Shown here piece after piece: positions 54,203 to 64,000 of a stretch of 64,000 nt of DNA; the stretch's first letter is position 1, and each line of letters begins with the position of its first letter. Under the pieces are notes generated by a model. That model saw only the letters and a list, made by a program, of their open reading frames with translations. It did no database searches and was not told the origin of the DNA. The DNA is taken from positions 32,001 through 96,000 of the forward strand of contig CAVYBH010000002.1 of NCBI GenBank assembly GCA_963766715.1, read 5' to 3'. The translations under genes were made by a program, and so were the position numbers. This stretch comes from an uncultured delta proteobacterium. Lineage in GTDB: Bacteria > Myxococcota > Myxococcia > Myxococcales > Anaeromyxobacteraceae.

Positions 54203-54760
54203 TTGGCGTTGCCCGCGACACTGCACGACTTCCAAATCGAGCTCGCCCACGTCGACGCCGGGGAGAACCGTCGCGTGTCGCTGCGCGCGGCGCGCCATCC
54301 CTCCGAGTCGATGGAGCGGCTCTGGCTCCGCGTCCTCGCCCACTGCTGGCTGTGGCGGGAGGGGATCGAGCAGGGCCCCGGCCTCTCCGATCCGGACCAG
54401 CCCGACGTCGTCGCGCGGGACCTGACCGGCGAGGTCCGGCTGTGGGCGCGGGTGGGCCGCCCCGAGCCGGTCCGCATCCAGCAGGAAGCCGACCGGAACC
54501 CGCGAGCCGAGCTCGCGGTTCTCTTCGACTCGCCCCGTCGCATGGAGGCCTTCGTCTCGGAGGCGACCGCCGCGGCCCTCGGGCGGCTTTCCCGCGTGTC
54601 GCTCGCCGCCGTCGAGCCGGCCTTCCTCTCCGAGCTGGCGGCGAACGAGGAGCGCCGGGCCCGCCTGTCCCTCACCATCGTGGGCGACCACCTCTACGTG
54701 GAGCGAGAGGGAAAGACCCTCGACGCGCCGCTGCTCCGGGGCTACGTACCCGGAATCTGA
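54203..54760 (+). CDS. yaeQ: YaeQ-family protein
   Basis: MALPATL, ARHPSE, GLSDPDQPD, DLTG...W. Confidence 0.85.
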   Translation: MALPATLHDFQIELAHVDAGENRRVSLRAARHPSESMERLWLRVLAHCWLWREGIEQGPGLSDPDQPDVVARDLTGEVRLWARVGRPEPVRIQQEADRNPRAELAVLFDSPRRMEAFVSEATAAALGRLSRVSLAAVEPAFLSELAANEERRARLSLTIVGDHLYVEREGKTLDAPLLRGYVPGI

Positions 54761-54807
54761 GGTGGAAAGGTTGTCGTGCGCAAACCGGGACGCCGGTTAC
54801 ATTTCCA

Positions 54808-54834
54808 CTATCGGGACCTTTTCGGTCCAGATAG
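54808..54834. promoter_or_regulatory. Candidate Rrf2 (SufR/IscR-like) operator
   Basis: CTATCGGGACC-ttttc-GGTCCAGATAG (10/11 palindrome) 54 bp upstream of the suf operon. Confidence 0.65.
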
Positions 54835-54887
54835 GCTCCAACCCCAGGAACGCGGGGGGATGAGCCCCCAAAAGGGTGGATCGAGCG

Positions 54888-55336
54888 ATGATGCGCATGA
54901 CCAAGCTCGCCGACTACGGAATCGTGCTCCTCACGCACATGGCGATGGAGGAGCCCGGCTCCATGCACACCGCCCAGGACCTGGCGGGGCGCTCCCGGAT
55001 CCCGGTCCCCACCGCGTCGAAGCTCCTCAAGTCGCTGGCGCGCGCCGGCCTGGTGATCTCCCACCGGGGCCGGAACGGCGGCTACGGGCTCTCCCGCGGG
55101 GCCGACGACATCTCGGTCGCGGAGATCATCTCCGCCATCGAGGGGCCCATCGGGCTCACCGAGTGCGGCACCGGCACGGTGGGCGCCTGCGACATGGAGC
55201 CCTTCTGCGCGGCCCGGGGGCGCTGGGCCCCCATCAACCAGGCCATCGAGCGCGCGCTGCGCGACGTGCCGCTGTCGGCCATGCGGCCGCAGTCGACGCC
55301 GCTCGTGACCCTGCAGGGAGAGAGTGGAGTCGTCCC

Positions 55337-55340
<4 letters not shown>
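54888..55340 (+). CDS. Rrf2-family SUF regulator
   Basis: KLADYG, KLLKSL, SHRGRNGGY, IEGP, CX7CX5C; heads suf operon. Confidence 0.9.
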
Positions 55341-56775
<1,435 letters not shown>

Positions 56776-56779
<4 letters not shown>

Positions 56780-57590
56780 TTGAGAGCTCGAAGGGGATCC
56801 GCCGCCGTGCTGGAGGTGCGCGACCTGCGCGCCCGCATCGACGAGCGCGAGATCCTGAAGGGGATGAGCCTGGCCGTGAACCCCGGCGAGGTGCACGCCA
56901 TCATGGGCCCCAACGGGTCGGGCAAGAGCACCTTCGCGGGCATCCTGGCCGGAAAGGACCGCGCCGAGGTCACCGGCGGCACGGCCACGCTGGACGGCAA
57001 GGACCTGCTCGGCCATGACCCCGGAGGCGCGGGCGGTGGCCGGCCTGTTCCTGGGCTTCCAGTACCCGGTCGAGATCCCGGGCGTGGGAAACATGTACTT
57101 CCTGCGCACCGCGCTGAACGCCCAGCGCAAGGCCCGCGGCGAGGAGGAGCTCGACGCGGTCGACTTCCTCGGGCTCGCGCGCGAGAAGATGAAGCTGGTC
57201 GAGATGGACCCGGCCTTCATGAACCGGGGCGTGAACGAGGGCTTCTCCGGCGGCGAGAAGAAGCGCAACGAGGTCCTGCAGATGGCGGTGCTCGAGCCCC
57301 GCCTCTCCATCCTCGACGAGATCGACAGCGGCCTGGACATCGACGCGCTGCGGGTCGTGGCGAAGCGGCGTCGAGGCCCTGCGCAGCCCGTCCCGATCCA
57401 CCATCCTCGTCACCCACTACCAGCGGCTGCTCGAGTACATCGTCCCCGACCGGATCCACGTGATGGCGGCCGGGCGGATCGTCCTCTCCGGCGGGCGCGA
57501 GCTCGCGCTCGAGCTCGAGAAGAAGGGCTACGCCTGGGTGGACGAGGAGGCGAAGCGCGGCGCCTTCGGGGCGCCGGCTCCGGTGGCGCC

Positions 57591-57594
<4 letters not shown>
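56776..57594 (+). CDS. sufC: Fe-S assembly ATPase SufC (frameshifted)
   Basis: [49 protein letters not shown]. Confidence 0.93.
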
Positions 57595-60599
<3,005 letters not shown>

Positions 60600-60602
60600 T
60601 CG

Positions 60603-61179
60603 ATGGAGCGCCGTGAGCCGGTATCCCTGAGACGCGCCGTGGAGGTCACCCTCGTGCCCTCCGGGGAGAAGCACGTCCTCGCCGAGGGCGCCCTGGTGAT
60701 GCCGCAGCAGGAGCTGGGTGGGCACTTCACGGTCATGCTCGACCGGGGTGGCCTGGCGCGCCTCGCCAACGAGGACGCCGACGCCCTCGGTCCCACCTTC
60801 GCCGAGCGGGCCCGCAAGGTGGCGGAGGCGGAGAAGGAGCGGCTCGCGGCCGCCAGCGGCCAGCCCTTCGACGAGCAAGGGCGTCTGGGACGCGCTGAAG
60901 AAGGTCTTCGACCCGGAGATCCCGGCGAGCATCGTCGACCTCGGCCTGGTCTACGAACTCCTCCACGCCGAGCGTCCGGAAGGGGGCCGCAAGGTCACCA
61001 TCCGGATGACCCTGACCGCGCCCGGCTGCGGAGTCGCGCCGATGATCCTCGACGACGTGCGGGAGCGCGTGGCCAAGGTCCCGGGAGTGGCCGAGGTGGA
61101 CGTGGACCTCGTCTTCGACCCGCCGTGGACGCCGGAGAAGATGAGCGACGCCGCCCGGCTACAGCTCGGATTCTGGTAG
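60603..61179 (+). CDS. sufT: Fe-S maturation protein SufT (DUF59), frameshift near 60880
   Basis: VPSGE..., FDPEIPASIVDLGLVY, MTLTAPGCG, FDPPW...MSDAARLQLG. Confidence 0.88.
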
Positions 61180-63190
61180 CTCCTGGCTCGGCGGTGACGC
61201 CGGCCGGTCCTCGCGATCGTCCCCCGCCGGCGGGAAGCGGACGTGCACGGTCGTGCCGCGCCCCTCCTGGCTCTGCAGGTCGATCTGGCCGCCCAGGCCG
61301 GTCACGATGCCGTGGCAGACCGAGAGGCCGAGCCCGCTGCCGCCCCCGGTCGGCCGGGTGGTGAAGAAGGGCTCGAAGACGTGCTGGCGCGCCGCCGCCG
61401 GGATGCCGACGCCGGAGTCGCTCACCTCGATCGCCGTCCACCCCCGCGCGTCGGTGCCCGAGACCACGCGGACGAAGTGGTCCGCGGAGGCGACCGGCCG
61501 GGATCGACTGGGAGGCGTTCACGAGCAGGTGGAGCATCACCTGGCCGATCTGCCCCTGGCCGGCCAGGACGAGCGGACACGGGTCGAGGCGCAGGTCGAG
61601 CCGTGCGCGATGGACGATGTCGGCCTGGGCGAGGTTCAGGGCGGATCGGACCTCCGCGACCGGGTCCACCGCGATCCGCCGGCCGTGCGGAGGCCTGGCC
61701 ACGAAGCGGAGGTCGCGCACGATGTCGCGCACCCGGCGTGCGCCGACGGCGGCCTCCGCGGTGGCCGTCACGGCCTCCTCGACGTCCGGGTGGAGGCCGC
61801 GCATCTGCCCGAGCGCCTCCTCCACGAAGGCCAGGTTCGACGTGATGTAGGTGAGGGGGTTGTTGATCTCGTGGGCCACGCCCGCGGCCAGCGTCCCCAC
61901 CGCGGCCAGCCGCTGCTCCTCCTCGGCCCTCTTCCGCTCCGACAGGTCCCGGGCCGACCAGGCCAGGAAGTCGGAGCCGTCGAGCGTGAGGAACGCGAGG
62001 TTCACCTCGGCCGGGGTCCGCTGCCCCCCGGCGCCATCGAGGGTGGTCTCGTATCGCGCGGTGCCGATCGACCGCAGCTTCGCCCATCCGTCCGGTCCCA
62101 GTCGGGCGGCCAGGGAGGGATCGATCTCCGAGATCTCGGCGCCCACCAGGTCGGAGAAGCGGCGGGCCAGCAGCGTCCCGGCGCCCTCGCTGGCGAGGAC
62201 GATCCGGCCGTCGAGGCTGGCGACGACGATGGCCTCCGCGCCCCGGTCGAGCGCGTAGCGGGCGAGCTTCAGCTTCCGCTCGCTGCGCTCCCGGCCCGCG
62301 ACCTCGGCGGCGAGGATGAGGGCCGTGACGATGGAGAGGGCGAGGTAGAGCTGGACCACGGCGTCGTCGGGGGCCAGCGCCTGGCTGCCCGAGCGCGCCG
62401 TGGCCCACGCCGTGGCCCAGGCCGCGCCCACGGCGAGGATCGCGCTGCACGCCGTGACGCCGCGGGGCCCGAACCGCAACGCCGCCCAGGCGAAGACGGG
62501 AAGGACGAGGTGCTCCTGGACGAGGCACGCCCTTCGGCGCGTCCCGGAGCACCACCCAGTTGACGGCGAGCGTGGCGGCGATCAGGGCCGCGAACTCGAG
62601 CGGGCGGCGGCGGACCGGGCTCCACCCCGCGCCGTCCGGCGACGCCCAGGCGAGCAGGAGCGGCGTGACCACCACGATGCCCAGGCTGTCGCCGGCCCAC
62701 CAGTCGATCGAGGCGTGCCAGAGCGGGAACCCGGTGGTGAGGTGGGTCGCCGTGCCGCCGAGGAGCGCAGGCACCAGGGGAGACACGACGGCGCCGAGGG
62801 CCATCACCGCCAGCAGGTCGCGCAGGCGCCACATGCGCGGACGGGCGCGCAGGACCACGGCCTGGATCAAGGTCGCCGCGGTCAGGGCCTCGAGCGCGTC
62901 CCCCAGGACGAACGCCCCGGCGAGCAGCGGCCTGCGCCCGACGTGCCAGGACACGACGAGGTCGGCGGCCGCCGCCACGACCACGAGGCCGGTCCAGCGC
63001 CGGCGCTCGGAGAGGAGCAGGGCCCCCACGTAGAGACCGGTCGCGGGCCAGAACGTCGAGAACTGGCTCGACATGTCGGTCAGCCCGTCGGCGATCTCGG
63101 CGAGCGCGAGGTAGGCCAGGCCGAATGCGAGCCAGATGGCCCACGGGCCGCGGCGGGATCCGGCGTGCGTGAGGTCGGCGCGTTCTCCAA
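61159..63190 (-). CDS. MASE1-PAS histidine kinase (several frameshifts)
   Basis: FWPATG, WWAGDSLG (MASE1); PAS; AHEINNPL; DSGVG, FEPFFTT, GSGLGL. Confidence 0.85.
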
Positions 63191-63295
63191 GCCTTCGAGC
63201 CTAGACCACGCGCACCGGGGGCGATAGTCGCCGCCCCGGGAAGTCGCGGCGCGCGCTTGCGCGGGCGGGGCCATCGAATAGGATCCCGCCCCCCG

Positions 63296-64000
63296 ATGCC
63301 CCCCGCGAAGAACCACGGCTCACCCACGCCGGGCGGCCACGTCCCCGCCCTCGACGGCCTTCGAGGCGTGGCGGTCCTGCTCGTCCTCGTCTTCCACTTC
63401 GCCCACATCGACGGCGAGGGGGGCGGCAGTCGAGCGGGCCCTGCTGGGCGCCACCCGCGCCGGCTGGGCGGGGGTGGACCTCTTCTTCGTGCTCTCCGGG
63501 TTCCTCATCACCGGCATCCTGCTCGACGCCCGGGGAGGCAAGGGCTACTTCCGGGCCTTCTACCTGCGCCGCGTGCTCCGCATCTTCCCCCTCTACTACG
63601 CCTACCTGGCGGTGCTCTTCCTGGTCCTTCCGGCGATCCATCCGTCCCTCGACGTGAGGACGGACACGCAGGGCTGGCTCTGGACCTACCTGGGGAACGT
63701 CCTGTTCGCGCGGGAGGGAGGCTTCCACGCCAGCCCGCTGACCGGCCACTTCTGGTCGCTCGCCGTGGAGGAGCAGTTCTACCTCCTGTGGCCGCTGCTC
63801 GTGTGGTGGCTCCCGCGGCGCCGGCTCGCCGCGCTCTGCGTCGGCCTGGTGGCGGGCGCCTTCGCGCTCCGGTTCGCCATCCACCGGACGACCTTCAACG
63901 CGACCGCGGCCTACGTCCTGACTCCGGCGCGGATGGACGCGCTGGCCCTGGGCGCGCTGGTGGCCATCGCGGCGCGCGAGCCGGCCTGGTGGCCTCGCGT
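63296..64000 (+). CDS. Acyltransferase family 3 (OafA-like), truncated by window end
   Basis: LDGLRGVA, GVDLFFVLSGFLIT, FYLRRVLRIFPLYY, HFWSLAVEEQFYL. Confidence 0.92.
   Translation, partial: MPPAKNHGSPTPGGHVPALDGLRGVAVLLVLVFHFAHIDGEGGGSRAGPAGRHPRRLGGGGPLLRALRVPHHRHPARRPGRQGLLPGLLPAPRAPHLPPLLRLPGGALPGPSGDPSVPRREDGHAGLALDLPGERPVRAGGRLPRQPADRPLLVARRGGAVLPPVAAARVVAPAAPARRALRRPGGGRLRAPVRHPPDDLQRDRGLRPDSGADGRAGPGRAGGHRGARAGLVASR

Overview
High-GC bacterial chromosomal window whose gene content and style point to an Anaeromyxobacter-like Myxococcota genome (inference). It is mostly housekeeping and envelope genes: oxyR, cls, fabI, mobA, an IscA/ErpA carrier, pduO, an NtrC-type two-component pair, rarA/nadK, recN, a PP2C phosphatase, M23-secA, apt/nlpD/surE, an ABC-2 pair, yaeQ and a complete Rrf2-sufBCDSUT operon. 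About two dozen genes, including essential ones, are broken by single-base indels, which most likely reflects uncorrected long-read error, so many ORF-track fusions are artefacts. The most unusual structure is at 27196-32534. The 3' end of the PP2C gene occurs three times in direct orientation, with progressive decay away from the gene. The two distal copies are each preceded by the same GGAGGCGTACCCCGG-N5-CACCC arm. The copies delimit two integrase-less cargo cassettes (AraC+DsrE, 1848 bp; PanE-like+metallophosphoesterase, 3448 bp), which looks like a serial integration array at a protein-gene att site. Other notable points: a recurrent TANNNT-N6-8-start (leaderless) promoter architecture, a J-domain protein with MshEN-like repeats, a P1-nuclease/PLC-like enzyme fused to a putative beta-barrel, an in-frame TAG in sufB, and candidate OxyR, LexA and Rrf2 operators. 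No rRNA, tRNA, CRISPR array, transposase or integrase was recognised.
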